Position numbers and translations under genes: made by a program | In this document: positions 1 to 11,571 of the stretch, one piece after another | Layout: each line of letters begins with the position of its first letter | How positions within the stretch are numbered: position 1 is the stretch's first letter | Notes under the pieces: model-generated | What the model saw: the letters and a program-made list of their open reading frames with translations, nothing else | Databases searched by the model: none | Told to the model about the DNA's origin: nothing | DNA from: the human T2T-CHM13v2.0 reference genome, Homo sapiens | DNA: 64,000 nucleotides | Assembly: GCF_009914755.1 (NCBI RefSeq) | Contig: NC_060931.1 | Reading direction: 5' to 3' (one strand)

Positions 1-208
1 TGTCCTCTCAGCATCTAGTTTCTGCTTCCCTGCTCTTATGCCTTAAGGCCTAGGGGTGCAAACAGCAGTTGTCATTTGCTCCAGGGCATGGCATTATTTG
101 GTTTTACTAAACTGTCCTACCTTTTGTGAAATTCCCTTTATTAAATGCTTTCCAAATTATCCCTGTTGATTGCACAGTCTGTTTTCTGCCAGGACTCTGA
201 CTGATACA
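1..208 (+). mobile_element. ERVL-type LTR 3' end (LTR33/LTR16-like)
   Basis: Ends ...TCTGCCAGGACTCTGACTGATACA with upstream ATTAAA, typical of the LTR33-family U5 end. Confidence 0.6.
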
Positions 209-479
209 GTGAGAAAGGAATGCTTAATCAAATCAGCCGTCCTTTGTGGAAATAAATTATTAAAGCCCTGCCTCACATCAAAAAGCAAAGCTTGAAAAAA
301 ATATAATAAGGGATTAATAATCAAAACATATAAAAAATGTCAAACATCTATTAAAGAAAAAAGGCAAGCCATGCAAAAGTAAAGTTCAGGGACATATCCT
401 ACCAGAGATTGTAAAGCTATAGGAATAAAATAGGGTAATACTGGTGTGTAAAAAACACATAGTTTTACAGTCTATTTAT

Positions 480-1150
480 CGATCAGATACCTTAAACTAC
501 CTACCTACTAACAACAATTAAAAATATTAGAGGAGAGATGTAAAAAACTATTGAAAATGTATTTCTGACCAGGCAAGAGAAGACGGAATTGGCAGGGTGA
601 AAAAGGGCAAGCCAGACTCTAGGGAGGGCAGCGAGCTCTTAGACTGCCTTCACCGTCTTTCTGAACTCAAGGGCCGGGAGTGTCTGCTTTGATGGCTGCA
701 TGGGACTCCGGAGATAGGCAATAAAGCCCATGGTTTCTACAAAGTGGGAAGCTCCAAGATTTATTGCTGAATAAATCTGGAACCCTAAAGTCCGTAATGT
801 AAAAGGTGAATGAGAAAGAAATCTCTGCGCAGAAGAGAGAAGGAAACAAGCCTTAACTCACTGGAGTAGCAAGGAAAGCGCTTCTCTGAGAATTGATGAC
901 CACCAGAGGGCCTCCCACAGGTCTTCCCTGCACATTCCTGCTATCCTACTGGGGAGGTCCAAAACAACCTCCAGCAAACAATTCAACGTGGTCTTCAAGT
1001 AGTTGTGTACCCAGGCAACTGGCAAAAACAAATACAACTCCTCTCTGGAGGAAAGCAGCTTCCACCCAATATTCAAAGCATTACTGAAGGCAACAAAACA
1101 GGAAAACAGGTAAAGGATTCTCAGGCAACTCACAGGACATAAAATGTACA
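480..1150 (+). mobile_element. Ancient L1ME-type 5' end fragment
   Basis: CCCAGGCAACTGGCAAAAACAAATACAACTCCTCTCTGGAGGAAAG resembles recalled L1ME 5'-end consensus. Confidence 0.5.
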
Positions 1151-1164
1151 TCTTGATTACGAAA

Positions 1165-1258
1165 TAATCTGTGTAATAAGCTTAGAAAATTGCCTGACAC
1201 GTAATAAGTGCTAAGTAAACGTTAGCTATGATGATGCTGGTGACAACAATGATGATTT
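1165..1258 (+). mobile_element. MIR 3' tail
   Basis: TGCCTGACACGTAATAAGTGCTAAGTAAACGTTAGCTAT. Confidence 0.7.
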
Positions 1259-2402
1259 CAAGTCTTTTTAATTCTCTCCTATTAATTGATTTCTCTTGCT
1301 TTGTTAAAATCACACCAGTTTAATTAACACTTGTCATATTGTAAACTTTTTAAAATGTTCAAATTTTTTCATTGTTCTTTTTAGAAGTTTTCTTACATAT
1401 TTTATGTGAGTTTTAGGATTGGCTTGTCAAGTTCCTGAAAAATCATGTTTGAATTTTGATGAGGATAGGGGTTACCTTTATAGATTACTTTGTTAAAAAC
1501 TGACATCTTTACAGTATTGAGTCCTAGCATTTCTGAATAGAGTATATCTTTTAGTTTATTCAGGCTTCTTTTATGTCCTTTAGTCAAGTTTTATAGTTGT
1601 CTTCATAAAGATCTTGCCACCTTTTTTTAGTTTTATACCCACTTTTCCATTTATGTTGCTCTTTCCTATTAAATGCTTAAATTGGCTATATTGAAGATGT
1701 AAGAAGGCTGTTGAGTTTTGTGTTCACCTTGTATGTTTTGCGCTTGCCAAAATCCCTTACTTTTTCTGATTGCCTCTGATTTTCTAGGTGAATAATCATA
1801 TTGTTTGTAAATTGTGATAATCATTTCCTTGTGAATATTTCTGTCTCTAAATTTTTATCTTATTGCAATCCCTGCACCACTACAATGCGGGATTTTAACA
1901 AGTGGAACAGATATCCTTGTTTTCTTCTTCATTTTAATGGATGCTTCTAATATTTTACCATTAAATGTAATATTTTCTCTAAATTTTTGATATATACCTT
2001 TTATCAGAATTTGCTAAGCATTTTTGTTAGGAATGGGTGTTCAGTACTATTAGATGATATTTATTTCAGTCTCTGATAGTTACATGATGTTTCTCCTTTA
2101 ATACATGACTATAGTAAATTCATTGGAACATTTCTTTTTTCTCCTCTTTATCATTAAAATGTTTATATATACGTTGGATAAGCTCTACATGGCCATAATA
2201 CTTGTCTAACATTTTAAAATTTATTTTTAGTTTTTAACTAATACATAATAGTTGGACATATTTATGGGGTACATGTGATATTTTGATATACGCATATGAT
2301 GTGTAATAAATCAGGGTAATTGGGATATCTGTCACCTCAAACATTTATCATTTCTGTGTGTTGGGGATACTCCAAATATTCTCTTGCAGCTATTTAAGAA
2401 AT

Positions 2403-2859
2403 GCCTTACTTCAGTATATGTGAGGGGTTGATTCCAGGGTCCCCTGTATAACCAAAATCGAAGCATGCTCCAGTCCACAGGTGGCCCTGCCAAACCCACG
2501 GATACAAAATTTCACCTTCTGTATCCATGAATTCACATCCCTCCAATACTGTACAGTTTTGTAGGATTTGAACTGCATGCGTCCATGTATACACACATTT
2601 TTTTTCAACCAAACATAGATCGAAAATACATATTCACTGGATGCGAAACCTACATATATGGGGGCTGACTTGTTGAATATGAGGTTCCACAAGGCCGACT
2701 TCGGGACATGAGTGTGTGAGGATTTCGGTAAACATGAGGGTCCTGGAACTAGTTCCCCATGTAGACCGAGGAACGGCTATATTTTCAGTTTGGTTGGAAA
2801 AATATCCTTGTATAAGTGGATCCTGGCAGTTCAAACCAGAGTTGTTCAAGGATTAACTG
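2403..2859 (+). mobile_element. MER8 (Tigger MITE) containing an inverted MER8 at 2554-2779
   Basis: Outer halves 2403-2553 and 2782-2859 join into one MER8; inner copy is reverse complement and flanked by TA. Confidence 0.85.
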
Positions 2860-3987
2860 TACAATAGTTAACTATGGTCTCCTGCCAGTGCTGTTGAACA
2901 CTAGAACTTATTCCTTTCCTCTAACTGTGGTTTTGTATCCATAACCAACCTCGCCTCACACTTTCCTCTCCCCTGCCCTTCCTAGCCTCTGGGAAACACT
3001 GTTGCACTCACTACCTCCACAAGATCGGTTTTTTTTAGCTCCCACATAGGAGTGAGAACATGGGATATTTGTCTTTCTGGGCCTGACTTTCGCTTAATGT
3101 CCTCCAGTTATAAACGTGTTGCTGCAAATGACAGCATTTCATTTTTTCAGTGGCTGAATAGTATTCCTTTGTGGAAGCATAACATATTTTGTTTGTTCAT
3201 TCATCTGTTGATGAGCATTTAGCTTGATTCCATATCTTGGCTATTGTGAATGGAGCTGTAGTAAACGTGGGACTGCAGGTCATCTATTTGATAGACTAAT
3301 TTCCTTTCTTTTGGGTATATACCCAGCGGCGGAATTGCTAGATCATATGGCAGTTCTATTTTCCATTTCTGGAGGACCCTCCATACTGTTTTCCATAATA
3401 GTTCTGCCAATTTACATTCTCACCAAGACCGTATGAACATTCTTTTTCTCTGCATCCTAGCCAGCATTTGTTATTTTCTGTCTTTTTGATAATAGCTATC
3501 ATATCTGGGGTGAGATGAAATCTCACTGTGGTTTTGATTTGCGTTTCTTAATGACTAGTGATATTGAGCATTTTTTCCCTAGACGTGGTGGCCATTTGCA
3601 GGTCTTCTTTTGAGAAATGTCTCTTCAGATACTTTGCCCATTTAAAAATCAGATTATTTGCTTATTTGCGATTGAGTTGTTTGAGTTCAGTGCTGGGTTC
3701 CACCGTGGCAGGGCTAACACCTAGTTCCAATGCCAAGTCCCACACTCACTTTGCTTTCCCTACCCCAAGCATAGGTGTTTTCCCTCCAGGCTGTGCTGCC
3801 TGGGGATGAGGTACCAGGGTGTAGGTAATGTGAGACTGTCTTCCCTACCCCTTTAAATGCATCTTTTCTTGTTAAGCTAAAACCAGGTCCTGTCATCTCC
3901 CATCTGATTTTTAGCTGTTATGAAAATGCTTTCTTGTATGGATAGTTGTTCATTTTGATGTTTGTGCTGAGGGGATGATCTTTGGAG

Positions 3988-3989
<2 letters not shown>

Positions 3990-4029
<40 letters not shown>
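3990..4029. repeat. Pure T40 homopolymer
   Basis: Directly visible. Confidence 0.98.
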
Positions 4030-4030
<1 letters not shown>

Positions 4031-4206
4031 AGCCATCTTGCTCCACCTTTCTCTCTGGTAATTTTTAAACTTTATTTAAAAATGTTCCATCTATATTCAT
4101 AAGTGCTATTCCCACGTAAGTGTGTTTTCTTATTATATTTATGAATCCAACTATGGTGGCTTTCTAAAACATCTTAGGTTTTTAAAAAATCTTATTCTTT
4201 GTCCCG

Positions 4207-4408
4207 TTAGGACAGTTTATATAATATTGGTTTTATCTATTTTTTGAAGATTTGAAAAACTCTTCATTAAAACCATCTATGCCTAGTGCTTTTAGGACAC
4301 TATTAGGACAGTTTATATAATATTGGACAGTTTATATAATATTGGTTTTATCTATTTTTTGAAGATCTGAAAAACTCTTCATTAAAATCATCTATGCTTA
4401 GTGCTTTT
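4207..4408. repeat. Complex local tandem duplication (about 84 bp x2 with partial restarts)
   Basis: Copies 4207-4293 and 4325-4408 differ at 3 positions. Confidence 0.95.
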
Positions 4409-5316
4409 TTCCCCCCTGAGTTAAATTATTACCTGTAATTTTGATTTCTTCTATGGTTATTTGGTCTTTTGTTTTCTTTTTTCTTATGAAAATTTTAGAA
4501 CATTCTTCTAGTATCTGTTTTGCTTAGCTTTTAATGTTAATTAAAATTATATGGAGTTAAATTTTAAATCTTTAATATCTGAGGTTGTTTTCTTTTCCAT
4601 TTCTATTGTACTTTATTTGGATCTTCTTTCTTTTTTCTTAGTTAGACTTGGCAAAACTTAGCCAGTTTTATGGGTCATTTCAAAGAACCTGGGTTTCAAA
4701 TGTGCTGGTATTTTTGTTTGGTTTTCTAATTCATTTCTTTTTTTATGTCTAATAATTTATTCTACTTTCCTGTTTGGTTTTGTTTTTACCCCCCTAATTT
4801 TGTAAGTTATAAACTAAGTTTACTTATTTTCAATCTCTTGTGTTTTCTGGTAAATGCATTTTATGCTATGATTTTTTCTGACCATGCTGTGGCTGTTTCC
4901 CAGTCTTTATTTTGTGCGCTTTATTTGTTATGTATGTATGATGAAAATGGAAATTTTTCTTCAGTTTTTTTTTCTTCATCCCAAAGCACAAGTAAGGCGT
5001 TAAATTTCAATAGGTAGATAGATGTAGAGATAGTAGATTTTTAGCCACGTTTTAATTTTATCCTATTACATTTATTTTAAAAGATTTGGAAGACTTGTAT
5101 TTTTTTAATTTGTAAATATATCCTTTTGTCCTAAAACTTAGATAATTTTTGTGAACATTCCACATGTTTGATAAGAGGGTGCATTACTCTCTGCCTCTCT
5201 TAACTGTCTTATTCTCTACCAGTTTATCTTATATAAATATTAAAACTATTATTACATGCGTAAAGGTTATATTTGCTTTGCTAAGATTGTATTAGCTATC
5301 TTTTTATGGTCTGGAA

Positions 5317-5507
5317 CAGAGGTTGGCAATTTTTTCTTGTAATGGGCCGGATGGCTTCTGTCAAAACCACTCAGCTCGCCATTGTGTTGTGAAAGTCGCC
5401 TTACACAATATGTAAATGCAAGTGCAGCTCTGTTCCAATAAAATTTTATTTACAAAAACATGTGGCAGGCTAGAATTGGCCCACTGGTCTTAGTGTGCCA
5501 GCTCCTG
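5317..5507 (+). mobile_element. MER58A (hAT-Charlie MITE)
   Basis: TIR-like ends CAGAGGTTGGCAA...TGCCAGCTCCTG; core TGTTCCAATAAAATTTTATTTACAAAAAC. Confidence 0.85.
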
Positions 5508-5783
5508 GTCAGCATAAGCCTTATGACACTCTGAAATTTAGATATTAAGTTTATGTAATATCGTATATGTCTGTTAACCTTTTGGGTAGTAATTTGTTGA
5601 AAAACATACAACTTTACCCATTATTTTGGTATTTCTGGTATTCTCCCTTTTGAATCACTATGGAAAATCCTTATTTTTCTAAACCATCGTACTTAACATT
5701 AATGCTTGTATTCTCAACAAGCACAATATTGTGAAAATTGGTTTGGGTCAGGAGGAGGAAAAAAAAATCTTAGAAATTGCAAT

Positions 5784-6105
5784 GGCTGTGCATGGTGGCT
5801 CATTCTGGTAATCCCAGCACTTTAGGAGGCCAAGGTAAACAGATCACCTGAGCCCAGGAGTTCGAGACCAGCTTGGGCAACGTGGTGAAGCCCTGTTACT
5901 ACAAAACAAACAAACAAACACCCAAAAAATTAGCCAGGCATGGTAGCTTGCACCTGTAGTCCCAGCTATTCGGAAGACTGAGGTGGGAGGATCAGTTGAT
6001 CCCAGGAAATTGAGGCTGCAGTGAGCTGTGATCATGCCCCTGCATTGCAGCCTGGGCAACAGAGCAAGACCCCATCTCAAAAAAAAAAAAAAAAAAAAAA
6101 AGAAA
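5784..6105 (+). mobile_element. AluJ
   Basis: Full dimer with J diagnostics (GAGCCCAGG, GGGAGGATC, GAGGCTGCAG), poly(A), degenerate TSD AGAAATTGCAAT/AGGAATTACAGT. Confidence 0.95.
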
Positions 6106-6299
6106 AGGAATTACAGTGTCTTGTGGCTCTCCAAAGCTCAGCCCAACAAAATCATGCCTTAGCATTTATTTACAAGCGGAGGGTGTTGAGCAAGGCAGGT
6201 TCCTTTGGGGGTTGATAATGAAAAATAGGTAAGGTATTCAAGTTTATTAATGTAATGCTCTTTTAAGTGTTTGTAGCATCTGTGTCTGTGGTATTGTTG

Positions 6300-6905
6300 C
6301 TACACATTTTGCTTACTCCTACTTTTGCAATTTGTATTTTCTGTAATTCTTATTAGACTAGAGGCTTGTTTCCCCCACACCTTTCAAAGAAGTCTCTTGG
6401 TCTAATTTTTCAGTTCAACTCTTGTGCAGATTCATCTCTTTACCTTTTATCTTTACTTTGCCATTGCTGTGTGTTTTCCGATGCCTTTAATTGAATGACT
6501 AATTTGTTTTCTGCCTCCCGTTCCCTCTGCCACTCCTCCTCCCCAATTTTATGCTGTGTCTTTTCCTCTAATTATAAATCTGGGTTTATTTGCTTTTTTC
6601 TTTTCTTTTCTGTGCTTTCTCTTTCTTTAACTTCTTTTTTTGATATGCAGCGTCCTTACTGTCGTTATTTTCTAAAGATTTTGTAATTGCTTGTTTGGCT
6701 TCTTTGAGACACGATTTAATATTAGTGGAGGATTTTTAAAACATTTCCCTTCTTTAGCTATTTTTGGTTTGTATTTTTGTCCTGAATTTCAGTTTTTATT
6801 GCATTATCTTCAGAGGCTGTGATCCTTATAATTAATCTTCTTTTGACTTGAGGCTTAGTTTGTGGCAACATATGTCATCAAGTTTTCTAAGTCTTCCATG
6901 ATCAC
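6300..6905 (-). mobile_element. Old L1M ORF2 (endonuclease-region) fragment
   Basis: Degenerate match to antisense L1 ORF2 5' part. Confidence 0.5.
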
Positions 6906-6934
6906 AAAATGATAGTTGAAGTCCCTTACAATGC

Positions 6935-7226
6935 TCATCAGCTAGGATGCTTTCAGCTTCAGGTAATGAAAAACCAACTGAAAATGGCTTGAATAGAAAG
7001 AACATTTATTATCTACATAAGAAGTCCTGGAGTAGGGTAATTTTAGAGGTTGTTAACTGGGGGCCTCAGTAGCATCATCAAAAACCTACATTCAATTCTT
7101 CCCTACTCAATCTGACAGCTTGGACTTGTCTCATAGGCTGGCTGTCCTCAGGGTCTCAGGATGACACTCACATGAGAGGTTGCATGTCCCCTTTCTAGCA
7201 CTTCTCTCTTTCCCTTCATTCCTCCC

Positions 7227-7257
<31 letters not shown>

Positions 7258-7556
7258 CATTCACAGAAGTTTCTCTTAGATCCACAGCTCTTTCAATGAG
7301 TGGAATGGTGTTACATGTCCATTCTTAAACCAGTCGTTGGGAATGATATCACCAGGGGTAGTAGAGTGCAATGTTGATTCATGGCTTGAGGGCCAGTCCA
7401 GGCTAGCGATACAGAGTGGGTAATATTCTCTCCCTGCAGACATAGCCCCTGGACCCAAGTGAACAGAATCAGAGTTCTCACTGAATTTAAGGCTAGGGGT
7501 GGGGGCAGGCAGGTACAGGGAAGGCAGTTAGGCAGGCACCAGTAGTATCATCTGCA
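6935..7556 (-). mobile_element. MaLR LTR (MLT1K/L-like) with (GT)14 at 7230-7257
   Basis: GCTAGGATGCTTTCAGC..AAACCAACTGAAAATGGCTTGAA..ATTTATT; GTTACATGTCCATTCTTAAACCAGTC. Confidence 0.7.
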
Positions 7557-8737
7557 CAGTTGAATACTTTATTAGCCATAACAATGTGCAAACAATCCAC
7601 ACACTTCATTTGGGATATTTATTCCTTCAGGTGTAACTTAAGCATCTTTTTTGACTCTAAACAATTGAGCGTATTGTGGAAATTTTCCGGTGATTTTTGT
7701 CTTAAATAAGTAATTGCTGCAGCGCTGAAAATTATTACTATAAAATTCTACTCCTGTTAGTATATCAGATATATATATTTTTACCATTTTCTTTATAATT
7801 CAGAATTTTAGGATTTTGAGCAGCCAGACATTGTGTTGTCTTTATTGTTCTTCCAGCACTGAGTGCTGAATTTCCAGAAACGAATGGTAATAATGAAAGG
7901 TGCATATCTGGAGATAGATGGAAGTGTAACTCAAGATGTGATTAGCTACCCAGTTTGTTTTTATTAAAATGTTATTTTTTTCTGCATATTTGTAATTCAG
8001 GGAAAGTTTCTAATGTGAAAAATAAAGTAGCTTTTCTTAAGGCAACGTATAAAAAATAATTGGTTTAACAGCATTGTGTGAATACAGATGAGATGGTCCT
8101 ATTAAAATTTGATCACAAAGTATACATGGTAAATGCAGCAAGATTCATGCTAACTAATTACTATTTCAAGTTTGGAGTGAAATGCTGAATTACGGGATGC
8201 TGTAATGTCACTAATGAGTCCTGTCATGGAGAAATGATATTGCCAATTACACATAAAATAGTCAAAGGCTAATACATTTGGAGAATTGTCAAGATGGGTT
8301 TTTTTTTCCCCTCGTGCTTACTGGTTATGTGTTTGCATTTTTGTTGAGAGAATACACAGAAATGATCTACTGTCACTTGCTTTCAAGCTGGAATTATTCT
8401 CTTCATATTTAGGCGTAGGTACCAATTAAGTGAAAAGAAATCTGTCTTAAGTGAAACTATGGACTACTAGTATAGTGTATCTTGTAGCTGTTTAATGTTG
8501 TAACTGCTAGGTTCTTTACTTTGCATCCAGGTAATGTAATGTGAATGATGGATTATTAAGTTCTTTTCATAGGAAATAGGCATATTTTAAGTTAATAGTC
8601 CTTATCACTGATACCAATTAGCCGAAGAGAAATGAATTCCCTGGATTTACATTTCTTAATAGTTCTTTCAGGATTGCTTTGTTACTTTTGAGGAAGGTGT
8701 ATGAAATTTGGCCTAGGCACTGTATCCGGTGTGAAAT

Positions 8738-8800
8738 AAATTTATGCATTCAATAAGTATTTATTGAGTGCCTGTGATATGCCAGTCATTCCTGTGTTCT
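8738..8800 (-). mobile_element. L2 3' end fragment
   Basis: CATTCAATAAGTATTTATTGAGTGCCTG..ATGCCAG. Confidence 0.7.
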
Positions 8801-9299
8801 GTATATCATTTTAAAGATTACCATTCGTTTTCTTCTGATATTTCTTTAAACATCTTATTTTTTGTGTCAAGAACTTACCATATAGAATTCTGTGACTTCC
8901 CGCCACTTCCATTTAGCTTTATATCAAGGATAGAATTCACTATGAACACATGAAGACCTGCATGCTTAAACAGACTAATTGAAATGGTTGAATGGGTAAG
9001 AAAATGCTCCCTTGAATCCACATCCTTAAATGAGGCCAGGCAGACTTGGAGGGGTCTGTGAGCCCCTGAGCTCCTGTCTTACAGTCTCAGGCTATTGGAG
9101 GGGGCTGCACATCCCACATTTGGGTAGATGCCCAAATTCTCCTTTTAGTATATACTCTCCCTTTTCTTGGGTGTTCTTGGAACTCTGGTAGAAGACAGGG
9201 AGAATGATAGATTTTCCTTGCCCTCCACAGACACAGGCAAACTAGTTTCTGTTAGGCATTCACTCTGTGTAACATTCATCCCAATTGCAATGGTGATAC

Positions 9300-9480
9300 A
9301 GCTACCGTCAACAGACTGATCACCTTGCCTGTGCCATGTGCCCTGTGCACATTTACTCTAGTCTTCACAGTAACCTCCAGAGAGGTGTTATCCCATTTTA
9401 TAGATTACAGCCGAAAAAGGTTAAGGACCTTGTCACTGAACTGCCCAGTAGAAGTTCAAGCATATGCTCATGGAATTTGA
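9300..9480 (-). mobile_element. MIR
   Basis: CTTCACAGTAACC..TTATCCCATTTTATAGAT..AGGTTAAG core. Confidence 0.7.
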
Positions 9481-9554
9481 TTTTACGGAAGTATGTACCC
9501 TTTAGGGATCTACAGTTAGGTGCCCTCTAGGGTGTCTAGAATTGCTGAGGAGCC

Positions 9555-9742
9555 CATCGTTCCTTAAGCACCTGTGCTGTGTTGTATTGTAATCACCTGA
9601 GGGTGCTTTAAAGACTATGAATAATACTCAGACTTTCTTCTCCAACCATTTACATCAGAGCATCTGGGGGTGGAACCCAGGCATCAGTATTTTGCAAAGT
9701 TCCCAAACGATGTCAGTGTTTAGCCAAATATGAGACCCACTG
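9555..9742. mobile_element. MER5A (hAT-Charlie MITE)
   Basis: AATCACCTG..ATCAGAGCATCTGGGGGTGGAACCCAGGCATCAGTATTTT..TGAGACCCACTG. Confidence 0.8.
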
Positions 9743-10606
9743 GTTTAGAGCTGTAAACAGTGCAGTTGCTACTGTTTTATGGTAGATGTTACAGAAATAT
9801 GTCGTTGAATTGCCTATAAAATGAATTAAAGATTAGAGCATTTCTTTTTCCCCTATTCATAAACCATTGTGATCGCAGTCTTCTATAGAAATTACCTATT
9901 TTGCTTGATGAGATTTACTTAGAAAGGGAAATAAACACATAGCTATATCTCTCCTGAAGTCTTTTTGCAGTTACTAATTAAGGCAGTACACACATTCTCA
10001 GTTGAGCTAGAACTTTAGCTATTGTCTCTTTGCTCTACTGAAGGTAACCCGAGTGTTACGGCTTTTTAAATGAGCTGGAACAATAAATACAAATTTCGTT
10101 GGCAAGACAAATACTTTTTCTCATATGCCAACGATTATGTAATCAAAGTATAAAGTATCCATATAAAGCCTTGCTTTTGAAAATAATTTCAATTTAAAAA
10201 TTAAAAATAGTAATTAACATTGGTAACAGTATATTGATGACCACTGTTTAGCTGATACAGTGAATACAGGTGTTCATATAAAACATCATTTAAAATCGTC
10301 TATCCATATGGAACACATTACGTTTTCTTCCAATTTACATTGACTTCCTGTTGGTTTCTGAATACAACTCAAGGTGTTAATTTCGTTTTCAAAGCCAGAT
10401 GTTATTTGGCAGGATAAAACTTAAATTTCCCCTAATAGATATTTTTAGGCACTTAGGATGCTAGGGAACTTAGTAAGTGCTTTTTAAAATCTAGAGCATT
10501 TTCAAAATGCTCCTTTCTGTTCAGTCTTTCTTCTCTGCTAAAATTGTTATGTGCTAGGGGAGATTTGTGAATTTTAGAGTAATGTCTTTAAGAAGCCTGA
10601 CAGAGT

Positions 10607-10846
10607 AGATCGAGACCATCCTGGCTAACACGGTGAAACCCCGTCTCTACTAAAAATACAAAAAATTAGCCAGGCATGGTGGCGGGCACCTGTAGTCCCA
10701 GCTACTCAGGAGGCTGAGGCAGGAGAATGGCGTGAACCGGCAAGGTGGAGCTTGCGGTGAGCCGAGATCACGCCACCACACTCCAACCTGGGCGACAGAG
10801 CGAGACTCCGTCTCAAAAAAATACAAAAACAAAAACAACAAAAAAA
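10607..10846 (+). mobile_element. 5'-truncated AluY
   Basis: GATCGAGACCATCCTGGCTAACACGG, GAATGGCGTGAAC, GAGCTTGC; TSD AAGAAGCCTGACAGA/AAAAAACCTGACGGA. Confidence 0.95.
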
Positions 10847-11224
10847 CCTGACGGATGTCAGTGAAATTGGGGGATACTAAATAAAGAGTGGACAGCAGTG
10901 GCGGGGCAACAAGCAGTTCTTCAGTGTTCCTGTTCCTCAGCGTAGCCAACTTGGTCCTGTATCTCCACAGTTCACAGGTAACAAGTGCCCTGTTGCTTCC
11001 TGGTTGACTGATGCTCTCTCTGTTACATAACATCCCTGACAACCTGTTAAGTTTGTAATTATTGAACAAAGTCCCACCTCATTGGCAATAATGGCAAACA
11101 GAACGATGCAGCTCTTTAGCTTGCTCTTGATTGAACAGAGGACATAAGTTGGCTGTTAGTTGACTAATGACTAAAATTTTGATAAAGATAAGAAAACACT
11201 AGGCATTTGAGATTCATGTAATAA

Positions 11225-11571
<347 letters not shown>

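Larger units (their letters stand above)
2227..4058 (-). mobile_element. L1MA element with native 5' end and 3' end but a large internal deletion
   Basis: L1MA 3'UTR/ORF2 end (2227-3688) fused to an L1M2-type 5'UTR (3689-4047) ending GCCATCTTGCTCCACC; about 19-20 nt TSD at 2207-2226 and 4059-4077. Confidence 0.8.
1330..5230 (-). mobile_element. Old L1 (L1ME/L1MC-like) ORF2 remnant, interrupted by a younger L1MA insertion at about 2227-4058
   Basis: ORF 1402-1587 translates KDIL..LNTVKMSVFNKVIYK..IFQELDKPILKLT (ORF2 homolog); ORF2 sequence resumes after 4078. Confidence 0.8.

Noticed and set aside
9971-10043. 73-nt exon candidate
   Set aside because: Short pyrimidine tract, in-frame stop; not distinguishable from background pseudo-exons
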